Positions 49,758 through 58,790 of a stretch of 64,000 bases of DNA are shown in pieces. The first letter of the stretch is position 1. Each line of letters opens with the position of its first letter. This DNA is from Spirochaetota bacterium (GTDB lineage: Bacteria > Spirochaetota > UBA4802 > UBA5550): assembly GCA_036821145.1 (NCBI GenBank), contig DAISJZ010000001.1, positions 19,900-83,899 of the forward strand. Reading direction: 5' to 3'. A program made the translations under genes and the position numbers. The notes under the pieces are model-generated. The model was given only the letters and a program-made list of their open reading frames with translations. It was not told the DNA's origin and searched no databases.

Positions 49758-50285
49758 ATGCAACCTGATTTAAATAATTTAAAAGCAAAAATTCAGGCTA
49801 ACAGGGATTTTATCGACAGGATAACTGTACAGATACCTTTTTTCAAGGGATACGTCGAAAAATCTGAAAATTATGATGCTGACAGGATCATAAGAGAATT
49901 CATTGCAGATAGAATTCTTTCAACTAAAAAAAGTTTAAATGTGATGTCCGGTGACCTTGTTAAAAGCGGCGATCTTGCTATGATTCAGGAGATTGATTCA
50001 ATTCAGAATCTGCTTGAAGGCCTTCTGAAAAAAGTTCAGTATGCTGATTATGGTGTAACCGGCGGTTTTTCCAGAATAAAAATCACCGAAGATGATCAGA
50101 ACAGGCTCCTTGAGTACGACTGGAGGCTTATATCTTCATTTGATGAAATAAACAGTTCCACCTCAAATATGCAGACACTCCAGGGTGATTCGCTGCTTCA
50201 GGAGTTAAAAAACCTGAAACAGAAAATCCGTGATTTTGATAAAAGTGTTGATGACAGAAAATATGTGATTATGGAGGTTATATAA
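49758..50285 (+). CDS. hypothetical coiled-coil protein, first gene of the SPFH/DUF4178/DUF350/SpeE cluster
   Basis: 175 aa, no PspA/IM30 N-terminal helix signature; its stop is 1 nt before the next start, so translationally coupled. Confidence 0.4.
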   Translation: MQPDLNNLKAKIQANRDFIDRITVQIPFFKGYVEKSENYDADRIIREFIADRILSTKKSLNVMSGDLVKSGDLAMIQEIDSIQNLLEGLLKKVQYADYGVTGGFSRIKITEDDQNRLLEYDWRLISSFDEINSSTSNMQTLQGDSLLQELKNLKQKIRDFDKSVDDRKYVIMEVI

Positions 50286-50286
50286 A

Positions 50287-51414
50287 ATGGCATTACTGGA
50301 TGTAGTACAATGGGATAATAAACAGGGAGAAGTTATTTCGAAGTTTGAAGAAGGTGCAATTGCTCTTGGTTCGCAGCTTATAGTAAAAGAAGGGCAGGAG
50401 GCTATTTTTTTTAAAAACGGACAGGCCCTTGATTCTTACGGCCCGGGTCGTCATACTCTTTCAACAGGTAACGTTCCAATCCTTGAAAAACTTGTAAATC
50501 TCCCCTTTGGCGGAAAAACTCCCTTTCCCGCAGAAGTATATTTTATAAACAAAACTGAGATACCGAATCTGAAGTGGGGAACAAAGCAGCCTATGCAGCT
50601 TATGGATCCTGTATACAACCTCCCTGTGCCGATAAGGGCATTCGGCTCCTATTCAATACGTATTACAGATATAAAATCATTTCTTGTAATGGCTATCGGA
50701 ACATGGCGTGCATTTACAACAGAGGCAATCGGAACAGCATTAAGGGATATGGCAATTCTCCCCAAGGTCCAGGATCTTGTCGCTGAATTCATGATAAAGC
50801 AGAATATAACGATACTCAAACTCCCGGCTTATTACGATGAAATAGGTGCCGGCGGTAAAGCGAAACTTATTGAAGACTTTACAAGCTTTGGTGTAGAGCT
50901 TCTGAGGTTCGCTGTCGAATCAATCAATATACCTGATGATGATGAAAATGTAAAGCGGCTTAAGAAAGCACTTGCTGATAAAGCTGAAATGAACATCATG
51001 GGTGAAGACTACAAAACAAAAAGAACTTTTGATACTATGGAAAAAGCTGCGTCCAACGAAGGAATGGCCGGCGGTATGGTTGGTGCCGGAATGGGTGTAG
51101 GTATGGGGCAGCAGATGGGAGCCATGATGGGCTCAGTAATGGGCAATGCTGCTCCCGGACAGCAGCAGGGACAACAGGTTGCATGTCCCAAGTGTAATGC
51201 GATGAACCAGGCTGGCGCAAAATTCTGCCATTCCTGCGGCGCACAGATGCAGGTTCCTCAAGGGGTATGTCCTGCATGTAAAGCAAATGTTCCTGCCGGA
51301 ACAAAATTTTGCCCTTCATGCGGAGCTAATTTACAGGCAGTAAAATGCAAGAACTGCAACGCTGATCTTCAACCCGGCGCTAAATTCTGTCCGGAATGCG
51401 GTTCACAACAGTAG
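50287..51414 (+). CDS. YdjI-like SPFH (Band_7_1) protein with Gly/Met-rich linker and three C-terminal zinc ribbons
   Basis: Clear similarity to B. subtilis YdjI (GSQLIVKEGQEAIFFKNGQ, AEVYFINKTEIPNLKWGTKQP, PIRAFGSYSIRITD); tail has CPKCN..CHSCG, CPACK..CPSCG, CKNCN..CPECG. Confidence 0.75.
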   Translation: MALLDVVQWDNKQGEVISKFEEGAIALGSQLIVKEGQEAIFFKNGQALDSYGPGRHTLSTGNVPILEKLVNLPFGGKTPFPAEVYFINKTEIPNLKWGTKQPMQLMDPVYNLPVPIRAFGSYSIRITDIKSFLVMAIGTWRAFTTEAIGTALRDMAILPKVQDLVAEFMIKQNITILKLPAYYDEIGAGGKAKLIEDFTSFGVELLRFAVESINIPDDDENVKRLKKALADKAEMNIMGEDYKTKRTFDTMEKAASNEGMAGGMVGAGMGVGMGQQMGAMMGSVMGNAAPGQQQGQQVACPKCNAMNQAGAKFCHSCGAQMQVPQGVCPACKANVPAGTKFCPSCGANLQAVKCKNCNADLQPGAKFCPECGSQQ

Positions 51415-51423
51415 GAGGCGTTT

Positions 51424-52026
51424 ATGTCATCAATGAATTGCGCTTCCTGCGGAGCACCTGTTGAAATAGTAAACAGGTTCAGCAAAGTGCTTGTCTGCGG
51501 CTACTGCGGAACACACCTTAAGGTAAGTGATGGCGGTGTAGCAGTCGCAGGTAAATATCCGAAACTCGCTGATTTCCCTTCAATATTCCAGGTTGGTACC
51601 CGTGGTACTATCCTGGGTAAAACATTCACTGCTCTCGGCAGAATGAGGTATAAATACCAGGGAGGGCATTTTGACGAATGGTTTATCGAATACGATGGAG
51701 ACAAAGCCTGGTTCACTGAAGACGACGGAACATACACTCTTTACACTGATCTCTTTGAAGCAGTAGAAATACCTGACATATCCACTGTAAAAGCAGGGCA
51801 GAATATGCTTGTAGGGGATAAAAAGGTTATGATTAAGGAAAAGGGTAAAGCTGTTGTGGAAGGGGGGGAAGGTGAACTCTTCTTTTACGTGGAACCGGGT
51901 TCCGAGGTTATATATCTTGATGCAGTATCAGAAGGGAAAAAAGTTTCAATAGAATATACAGAGGATGAAGTGGAAATGTTTACCGGCCGCCCTCTGCTGA
52001 AGCGCGATATAGTGGTCGAGGGGTAA
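51424..52026 (+). CDS. N-terminal zinc ribbon + DUF4178 domain protein (YdjG-like)
   Basis: CASCG...CGYCG zinc ribbon, then a DUF4178-like core (ILGKTFTALGRMRYKYQGGHFDEWFIEYDGDKAWFTEDDG). Confidence 0.55.
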   Translation: MSSMNCASCGAPVEIVNRFSKVLVCGYCGTHLKVSDGGVAVAGKYPKLADFPSIFQVGTRGTILGKTFTALGRMRYKYQGGHFDEWFIEYDGDKAWFTEDDGTYTLYTDLFEAVEIPDISTVKAGQNMLVGDKKVMIKEKGKAVVEGGEGELFFYVEPGSEVIYLDAVSEGKKVSIEYTEDEVEMFTGRPLLKRDIVVEG

Positions 52027-52065
52027 GCCCGCTTTAATCATTTTTTTAGTCAAACAGAGGATGCC

Positions 52066-53472
52066 ATGGGAGATAATAGAGAAGAACTTCAGGCATTGAA
52101 ATGTCCTTCTTGCAGCGGTGACCTTGTTAAAAGCTCACGCACTTATTATGATGATGACGAGGAGGAGAACGTAACTGTTCCCCTGGCCAGATGTGTTCAA
52201 TGTAATACTGAATACGATCAGCATACTAAGGAATACTACGAAGTTTTTGCCGATGAACTTACCGCTGACAAGGATTCAACTGTTTTTAAACTCGGTCTTA
52301 AAGGGAACTTGAAAGGTGTACAGTATGAAATCATCGGCAGGCTCCGCTACCAGGATGAGGAGGAATACGAAAAATCCACCTGGGATGAATGGGTAGCTGT
52401 AACTGATGAGGGCTCCTACCATTATTTCGTGGAAGAGGATGGTGAAATTTATTCCTATTCAGAATACACTCCTGATTCTATTGACATGGAATCCAGCAGC
52501 AGTTATATCGAATTTGACGGACGTAATGTAAACAAATCTGACGGATATAACGCAAGAATAGTACTTGCTGAAGGTGAACTTCCATGGCAGCCGGAAATAG
52601 GTGAAGCTGTTCTCTGCTACGATTTTAAAAACGGCGGAAAACATTATACAATTGAGCAGTCTGAAGATGAAGTTTCAATAACTCAGGGTGAAAGGATAAA
52701 ACACGGTGAGATAATTGAAGCATTTAATATTGAAAGCTATAAAGAAATTTACCAGAATACAGTTAAAAAAAGATCCGAATTTCAATGGAAAAGCCGTATA
52801 TATTTAACAGGCATGTGTCTTTCTTTTGCTGCTACAATTTTCAGCTGTTTCAGCAGTACCCCTGTTAAAGGTGTAATGAACACAAAACAGATCCTTACCA
52901 GTAATGAGACGGTACAGGATACTGAGGGTAGAATATATAGCAGCCAGATCCTATACGGACCATTTGAAATCAGCCAGGGTAATTCGCTTTATGATGTCGG
53001 TTTCTCGGTAGATGAGTCTGTTCAGAATTTCAATCTGGAGTGGCAGTCCATCAGAATGATGCTCGTCAGTGAAAAAAGACTGCAGGAAACCGTAAAAGAT
53101 GGAATAAATAATCCGTCCGTACTTAAAGATTTATTTGAAGAGATTGATGCAATGCCTGAACCTGTTGAATCATTTATAATAACCGGTGATTTCTGGGATG
53201 AAGAGGGCCGAGACAGTGACGGATACTGGCATGAATCAGATCTCAGCTTCAGTAATGATTTTGTACTGGATGAAGCAGGGAAGTACTATGTCTATCTTGA
53301 ACTCTACAATAATAAAATGCGAAGAGCTGATTCAGTGATTGTTGAAATATCAAGAGTTAAAGGTTACAGGTATTATATATTTGCATTTATAATATTCTTT
53401 ATTCTCTGGGGAGTCAGCCAAATCCGTTCCAAATCTTACAATGAACTCCCCTTTGAAATGTCAGGGGTATAG
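52066..53472 (+). CDS. zinc ribbon + DUF4178-like domain protein with extra ~250-aa unknown region and C-terminal TM anchor
   Basis: CPSCSG...CVQCN ribbon; DUF4178-like LKGVQYEIIGRLRYQDEEEYEKSTWDEWVAVTDEGSYHYFVEEDGEIY; C-terminal YYIFAFIIFFILWGV. Confidence 0.5.
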   Translation: MGDNREELQALKCPSCSGDLVKSSRTYYDDDEEENVTVPLARCVQCNTEYDQHTKEYYEVFADELTADKDSTVFKLGLKGNLKGVQYEIIGRLRYQDEEEYEKSTWDEWVAVTDEGSYHYFVEEDGEIYSYSEYTPDSIDMESSSSYIEFDGRNVNKSDGYNARIVLAEGELPWQPEIGEAVLCYDFKNGGKHYTIEQSEDEVSITQGERIKHGEIIEAFNIESYKEIYQNTVKKRSEFQWKSRIYLTGMCLSFAATIFSCFSSTPVKGVMNTKQILTSNETVQDTEGRIYSSQILYGPFEISQGNSLYDVGFSVDESVQNFNLEWQSIRMMLVSEKRLQETVKDGINNPSVLKDLFEEIDAMPEPVESFIITGDFWDEEGRDSDGYWHESDLSFSNDFVLDEAGKYYVYLELYNNKMRRADSVIVEISRVKGYRYYIFAFIIFFILWGVSQIRSKSYNELPFEMSGV

Positions 53473-53481
53473 GGGTGTACT

Positions 53482-53676
53482 ATGATACGAAGTGTAATAA
53501 TATCATTACTTCTTTTCGGCGGAGCAGCGGCTCTTACAATGAATAACATCGGCTATTCAGGTGCAGGTAAAGAATATCACAAAAAAGTCAGAGATGAAAG
53601 AAAATCTCTCAGGGCTGGAAGCGGTTATTATGTTCCATATCATGGCGGTTCAGGCAGTTTTAGAACAGGCAAATAA
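53482..53676 (+). CDS. small membrane/secreted peptide (64 aa)
   Basis: N-terminal hydrophobic helix then Gly/Ser-rich tail; tightly spaced within the cluster. Confidence 0.3.
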   Translation: MIRSVIISLLLFGGAAALTMNNIGYSGAGKEYHKKVRDERKSLRAGSGYYVPYHGGSGSFRTGK

Positions 53677-53714
53677 TTTAATATAAGAATATAAACTCAG
53701 GGGGTAATAAATTT

Positions 53715-53987
53715 ATGGATTGGACAATGATCCTTTATGGCGTAGTAGATACAGTGATTTATTCACTGATTGGCGTTATTCTGATGGGGTTAGGTTTTCT
53801 GCTTATTTCTTTTTTCACTCCATTTTCAATTAAGAAGGAGATTGAAGATGATCAAAATATCTCTCTCGGGATTATTATAGGAGCCGTTATTCTCGGCATA
53901 GCTATAATTGTTGCATCAGTAATATCCTCACCTTCAGCAAGTGTTCCTAAAGGCGCTCCTGCTCAGAATATCGAGCAACAGAAATAG
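53715..53987 (+). CDS. DUF350 (YjfL-like) two-TM membrane protein
   Basis: 90 aa with two TM helices separated by an acidic loop (KKEIEDDQNISLG), as in DUF350. Confidence 0.5.
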   Translation: MDWTMILYGVVDTVIYSLIGVILMGLGFLLISFFTPFSIKKEIEDDQNISLGIIIGAVILGIAIIVASVISSPSASVPKGAPAQNIEQQK

Positions 53988-53990
53988 AAA

Positions 53991-55517
53991 GTGAAATATA
54001 TACTCAACAAAAACGAACAGAGGATACTCTTATTCTCTGTTTTTATTTTATCCCTCTGCGGAATTATTTATGAGCTTGTACTGGGCTCTCTTGCTTCTTA
54101 TCTGCTCGGGAACCCGGTGCAGCAGTATTCCATAACAATCGGTGTATTCCTCAGTTCAATGGGACTCGGCTCCTATCTTTCACGTTTTTTCGAAAAAAAT
54201 CTTCTTCAAACTTTTGTCAGAGTTGAGATAGCCCTTGGTCTGGTTGGCGGTCTTTCTGTAATTATTCTGAATTATCTGTTTTCGTTTTCAGCTTCATTTT
54301 ATGCTCTTCATGTATTTTTTCTCACAATTATTGGAACCCTTGTTGGACTTGAAATACCATTACTCACCAGAATTCTTAAAAGTTACGGAGCGCTTAAAGA
54401 TATTATCTCCAGCGTCTTAACACTGGATTACATAGGAGGGCTTGCCGGCTCTCTCCTTTTTCCTCTTATTCTATTCCCCTACGCAGGGAGGTTCCTGACT
54501 TCCCTGATAGTTGGAATGATGAATATCATCGTTGCTGTTTATGTTATTTTGAAAATACAGGATTATCGGGAAAGACGGAAAGATATAACTTTTGCAATTG
54601 CTTCACTGCTTATCCTTGCAGTTCTTGCATTCAACTCGGACTGGATAAATGCTATTCTGCAGAAAAAAATGTTCTATGATGACATTGTATTCTCAAAGAG
54701 ATCCAAATACCAGGAGATAGTACTTACAAGAAACGGTGATGACTTCAGACTCTATCTTGACGGTTCACTTCAGTTTTCAACATCTGATGAATACAGGTAT
54801 CACGAAATGCTCGTATACCCGGCTATTCTTGCTTCACAATCAGATGCCTCCCGGATACTGGTCATGGGAGGCGGGGATGGCCTTGCAGTAAGAGAAATAC
54901 TTAAATTTGAATCCGTTCATAGCATAACTCTTGTTGAACTTGATGGTTTCATGGCTGACCTTGCAAAGAATAACTCGACAATGAGAATGATAAACAGAAG
55001 TTCACTTTTAAATCAGAAGGTAGAAGTTATTATTGGAGATGCTTATGATTATCTCATAAACAATCGTCAGGGTTATGATGTAATTATTGCTGACTTTACA
55101 GACCCGCATGATGAGACAATATCTAAACTCTACACTGTTGAATTTTTCAGACTGGTTAAAAGATCTCTTAAGCCTGGCGGGATTTTTGTAACCCAGTCAA
55201 CATCATCTCTTTTCGCAAGAGATGCTTTCTGGTGTATTCATAAAACAATGTCAAATGCATTTAAAAATGTCTACCCGTACCATGCATTTATACCTACTTT
55301 CGGAGACTGGGGATTTAACATGGCTTCTGATAAAAAATTGGATATATATGATGACAGGATGGAAAAAACCAGGGGGCGATTCTACAGCAGGGAAATTCTG
55401 ATATCTTCAACAGTGTTCCCGGATGATTCCTCAAAAATTTATACAGAAATTAACACCTTCAATAAACCGGTGCTTTATAAATATTACCTTAAGGGCTGGA
55501 AAAATTCAGATTATTAA
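53991..55517 (+). CDS. polytopic membrane domain fused to a spermidine-synthase-like aminopropyltransferase (SpeE family)
   Basis: GTG start; ~6-7 TM helices in the first ~220 aa; then SpeE-type Rossmann domain (ILVMGGGDGLAVREI, VELDGFMADLAK, IIGDAYDYL, VIIADFTDPHD). Confidence 0.75.
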   Translation: MKYILNKNEQRILLFSVFILSLCGIIYELVLGSLASYLLGNPVQQYSITIGVFLSSMGLGSYLSRFFEKNLLQTFVRVEIALGLVGGLSVIILNYLFSFSASFYALHVFFLTIIGTLVGLEIPLLTRILKSYGALKDIISSVLTLDYIGGLAGSLLFPLILFPYAGRFLTSLIVGMMNIIVAVYVILKIQDYRERRKDITFAIASLLILAVLAFNSDWINAILQKKMFYDDIVFSKRSKYQEIVLTRNGDDFRLYLDGSLQFSTSDEYRYHEMLVYPAILASQSDASRILVMGGGDGLAVREILKFESVHSITLVELDGFMADLAKNNSTMRMINRSSLLNQKVEVIIGDAYDYLINNRQGYDVIIADFTDPHDETISKLYTVEFFRLVKRSLKPGGIFVTQSTSSLFARDAFWCIHKTMSNAFKNVYPYHAFIPTFGDWGFNMASDKKLDIYDDRMEKTRGRFYSREILISSTVFPDDSSKIYTEINTFNKPVLYKYYLKGWKNSDY

Positions 55518-55522
55518 AAAAT

Positions 55523-55552
55523 AAAAAAAGACTGTTTGCACAGTCTTTTTTT
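55523..55552. terminator. bidirectional rho-independent terminator between the SpeE-like gene (+) and rpmB (-)
   Basis: AAAAAAA-GACTGT-ttgc-ACAGTC-TTTTTTT. Confidence 0.8.
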
Positions 55553-55574
55553 ATATGAAATTGATATTATTTCA

Positions 55575-55763
55575 CTAAACTGCTTTCTGGATTGCTCCTG
55601 AACGGATGCAGCTTGTGCATACGTTTTTCCTTACAGTTCTGTTGTCCTCAACAACTCTGATCTTTTTAATGTTCGGTCTCCACATTTTATTAATCTTTTT
55701 ATGTGAATGGCTCACGCTGCAACCGAACTGAACAGATTTTCCACAGATTTCACATTTTGCCAT
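55575..55763 (-). CDS. rpmB: 50S ribosomal protein L28
   Basis: MAKCEICGKSVQFGCSVSHSHKKINKMWRPNIKKIRV...CTSCIRSG matches L28. Confidence 0.9.
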   Translation of the reverse strand: MAKCEICGKSVQFGCSVSHSHKKINKMWRPNIKKIRVVEDNRTVRKNVCTSCIRSGAIQKAV

Positions 55764-56043
55764 TATCTTTTCCTTGAGTAATAGGATTTGTTGGCAATAT
55801 AAAAACCTGTATTTATATTTTCAAGTAAATTATGTCATTTTTTTATAAAAATAAAAAATAAATGTTTTAATCACAGGTGATATGAAAATTCATCGGCCCC
55901 TTGATTTGAATACCTTCTTTTTTACGCTTGACAAATCATGGTATGAAAAAAATATCCTAAGCAAATTAATCATTTCTGTAAAGCCGACACCATCAGCAGC
56001 GATCAGAAATAAATTCAGAAATAAAAATATTCCGGAGAGATAA

Positions 56044-57819
56044 ATGTTCAGCAACAGGATTTACTGCGGTGAAATAAACGCTAAAGATAAAGACAGGGAA
56101 GTCACTGTATTCGGCTGGATCGATAGAAAGAGGGATCTGGGCGGCATTGTTTTTCTTGAAATTCGTGATGTCACAGGTATTATTCAGGCTGTTTTCGATT
56201 CATCAATATCAGCTGAAAATGCTGAACTGGCTGACAGTGTAAGAAGCGAATATGTTGTTTCAGTAACAGGAAAAATCAGGGAAAGATCTCCTGAAACAGT
56301 AAATCCGAATATCCCAACCGGAAATATAGAAATCGTTGCTTCTGATATTACAATTCTCAATAAGGCCCTTGTCCCTCCATTTCCCATTGACATCAGGGAC
56401 AGCATAAACGAAGAGGTGAGGCTGAAATACAGATTTCTCGATCTCCGGAGAGAGGATATGCGTGAAGCAATGCTGAAACGGCATAAAATGATGCAGATCA
56501 CAAGGCAGTATCTCTCTGACAACAGATTTTTTGAAATTGAAACTCCGATACTGAATAAATCAACACCCGAAGGTGCAAGAGATTTTCTTGTACCCAGCAG
56601 GATAAATAAAGGCGAGTTTTATGCTCTTCCCCAATCACCGCAGCTGTTTAAACAGATACTTATGATTTCCGGTTTTGACAGGTATTTCCAGATAGTTAAA
56701 TGCTTCAGGGATGAAGATCTCAGAAATGACCGTCAGCCTGAATTTACACAGATAGATATGGAATTATCATTTGTAACTCCTAAGATGGTAATGGAGATTA
56801 TTGAAGGTCTCATTAAGAAAACCGTTAAAGAGATAACAGGTAAAGATGTAGATTATGACTTCCCTGTTATGGATTATGATGAAGCAATGAGTAAATACGG
56901 AACTGACGCACCTGACACACGTGTGGGTCTTGAAATCCGGGACTGTACAGACATTTTTGTTAATTCTACGTTTAATGTTTTTGCTTCAGCGCTCAGCAGT
57001 AATGGGGTGATAAGAGGTTTCGCTGTTGAAGATGGCGGCAGGCTCTCCAGAAAAATGACAGATGATTATTCCGAGTATGTTAAAAAATTCGGGGCCAAAG
57101 GGTTTCCGATGTTCAAGTATAACGACGGCCGGCTTGAGGGTGGAATTGCAAAATTTATAACTGATGATGAAAAAGCTAAACTTATAGAAAGATTTAATCT
57201 TAAAGATCCGGCTGTTGTATTCTTCTCAGTAGATAAAGAAGCAATTGTCAATTCAACACTTGCACATATGAGAATGAAAGTTGCCCGTGACCTTGATATG
57301 GTTGATAATGATAAACTTAATTTTCTCTGGGTAACCAACTTTCCCCTTCTTGAATACCATGAGGATGACAAAAGATATTATGCTGTTCATCACCCGTTTA
57401 CCGCGCCTCTCCCTGAACATGCCGGGATGCTTGATAACATAACTCCGGAAACCGCACGCAAAATGAAGGCCCAGGCTTATGACATTGTGCTTAATGGTGT
57501 TGAAATCGGAGGCGGTTCAATAAGAATAAGCGATTCAGCAATTCAGTCAAAACTGTTCAGTGTTATAGGAATGTCAGAAGAGGAGGCGAGGGTGAAATTT
57601 TCATTTCTTCTTGATGCGCTTCAATATGGCGCACCTCCTCACGGCGGGATTGCTCTTGGCCTCGACAGGATAATGATGCTTCTTCTTCAGAGAGGTTCAA
57701 TCCGGGAAGTTATGGCTTTCCCGAAAACTCAGAAAGGACAATGTATGATGAGTGAAGCCCCCTCTCCTGTAACAGAAGATCAACTAAACGAGCTGTCGAT
57801 CAGGGTAGTAAGGAAATAA
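56044..57819 (+). CDS. aspS: aspartyl-tRNA synthetase (likely non-discriminating, given gatB in this genome)
   Basis: Class II motifs (FLEIRDVTGIIQAVF, QSPQLFKQILM, GGGSIRI) and GAD insertion. Confidence 0.9.
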   Translation: MFSNRIYCGEINAKDKDREVTVFGWIDRKRDLGGIVFLEIRDVTGIIQAVFDSSISAENAELADSVRSEYVVSVTGKIRERSPETVNPNIPTGNIEIVASDITILNKALVPPFPIDIRDSINEEVRLKYRFLDLRREDMREAMLKRHKMMQITRQYLSDNRFFEIETPILNKSTPEGARDFLVPSRINKGEFYALPQSPQLFKQILMISGFDRYFQIVKCFRDEDLRNDRQPEFTQIDMELSFVTPKMVMEIIEGLIKKTVKEITGKDVDYDFPVMDYDEAMSKYGTDAPDTRVGLEIRDCTDIFVNSTFNVFASALSSNGVIRGFAVEDGGRLSRKMTDDYSEYVKKFGAKGFPMFKYNDGRLEGGIAKFITDDEKAKLIERFNLKDPAVVFFSVDKEAIVNSTLAHMRMKVARDLDMVDNDKLNFLWVTNFPLLEYHEDDKRYYAVHHPFTAPLPEHAGMLDNITPETARKMKAQAYDIVLNGVEIGGGSIRISDSAIQSKLFSVIGMSEEEARVKFSFLLDALQYGAPPHGGIALGLDRIMMLLLQRGSIREVMAFPKTQKGQCMMSEAPSPVTEDQLNELSIRVVRK

Positions 57820-58781
57820 TGCAGCACGAAAATTTTGAGGTTGATGATACCGGTCTTTATAAACGGCTATGCGGTTTAAAAGATAAAAACCTCAGACAGA
57901 TTGAAAAGATTCTTGATGTTACGCTCATTCCGAGAGGTAACACAATAATCATTCAATCTGAACATGGCACAGAAAAAACTTCTGAACTTTTGCATCTCCT
58001 TTCTGATTATCTGTCATGTAAAGATACGGCATATGAACTTGATGATTTTGAAATCCGGTATATTACCTCATCAATAAAATCCGGACAGAAATTCAAAGCG
58101 GACGATATTAACCGCCTTAAAATATACATTCCGGATACAAACCGTACAATAGTTCCCCGAACAATAAATCAGGCAAATTACCTTAATGCGATTCATAAAT
58201 CACCGGTAACTTTCGGTATCGGCCCGGCAGGTACCGGTAAAACCTACCTTGCAGTTGTTGCGGCAATTCACTACTTTTTAAAAGGGAAGGTGGAAAGAAT
58301 TATACTTACACGTCCCGCTGTAGAAGCCGGTGAAAATCTCGGTTTTCTTCCTGGTGACCTGGTTCAGAAGATAAATCCATACCTGAGGCCTCTTTATGAT
58401 GCACTTTTTGAACTTCTTACTCTTGACCGGGTTTCTTCTTTTATTGAAAAAGGTTATATTGAGATTGCACCTCTTGCTTATATGAGAGGGCGGACCCTCA
58501 ATAATGCATATATTATTCTTGATGAAGCGCAGAATACAACAGTCTCGCAGATGAAGATGTTTCTGACGAGACTTGGAGTTAATTCTAAATTTGTAATCTC
58601 CGGAGATATTACACAGATTGACCTTGCGAAACCTCATAATTCCGGGCTTTTACACAGCCGCAAAATTCTGCAGGGTATTGAGGGTATTGAATTTATAAAT
58701 TTCACAAAAGAGGATATTTCCCGGCACCCGGTAGTGGAAAAAATTGTTGCTGCGTACGAAAATGCAGGGTATAATGAATAG
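57819..58781 (+). CDS. phoH: PhoH-like ATPase
   Basis: Walker A GPAGTGKTYLAV and ILDEAQNTT; canonical phoH-pgpH-ybeY arrangement. Confidence 0.85.
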   Translation: MQHENFEVDDTGLYKRLCGLKDKNLRQIEKILDVTLIPRGNTIIIQSEHGTEKTSELLHLLSDYLSCKDTAYELDDFEIRYITSSIKSGQKFKADDINRLKIYIPDTNRTIVPRTINQANYLNAIHKSPVTFGIGPAGTGKTYLAVVAAIHYFLKGKVERIILTRPAVEAGENLGFLPGDLVQKINPYLRPLYDALFELLTLDRVSSFIEKGYIEIAPLAYMRGRTLNNAYIILDEAQNTTVSQMKMFLTRLGVNSKFVISGDITQIDLAKPHNSGLLHSRKILQGIEGIEFINFTKEDISRHPVVEKIVAAYENAGYNE

Positions 58782-58790
58782 TATAACATT

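Noticed and set aside
49758-50285. First gene of the SPFH cluster as a PspA/IM30 homologue
   Set aside because: It lacks the conserved amphipathic N-terminal helix and PspA-like heptad pattern, and at 175 aa it is too short; kept as hypothetical.
55764-56043. T-box or other leader in the 280-bp region upstream of aspS
   Set aside because: No specifier/T-box consensus (AGGGUGGNACCGCG) was recognisable, and TTGACA at ~55931 has a poorly spaced -10 element.
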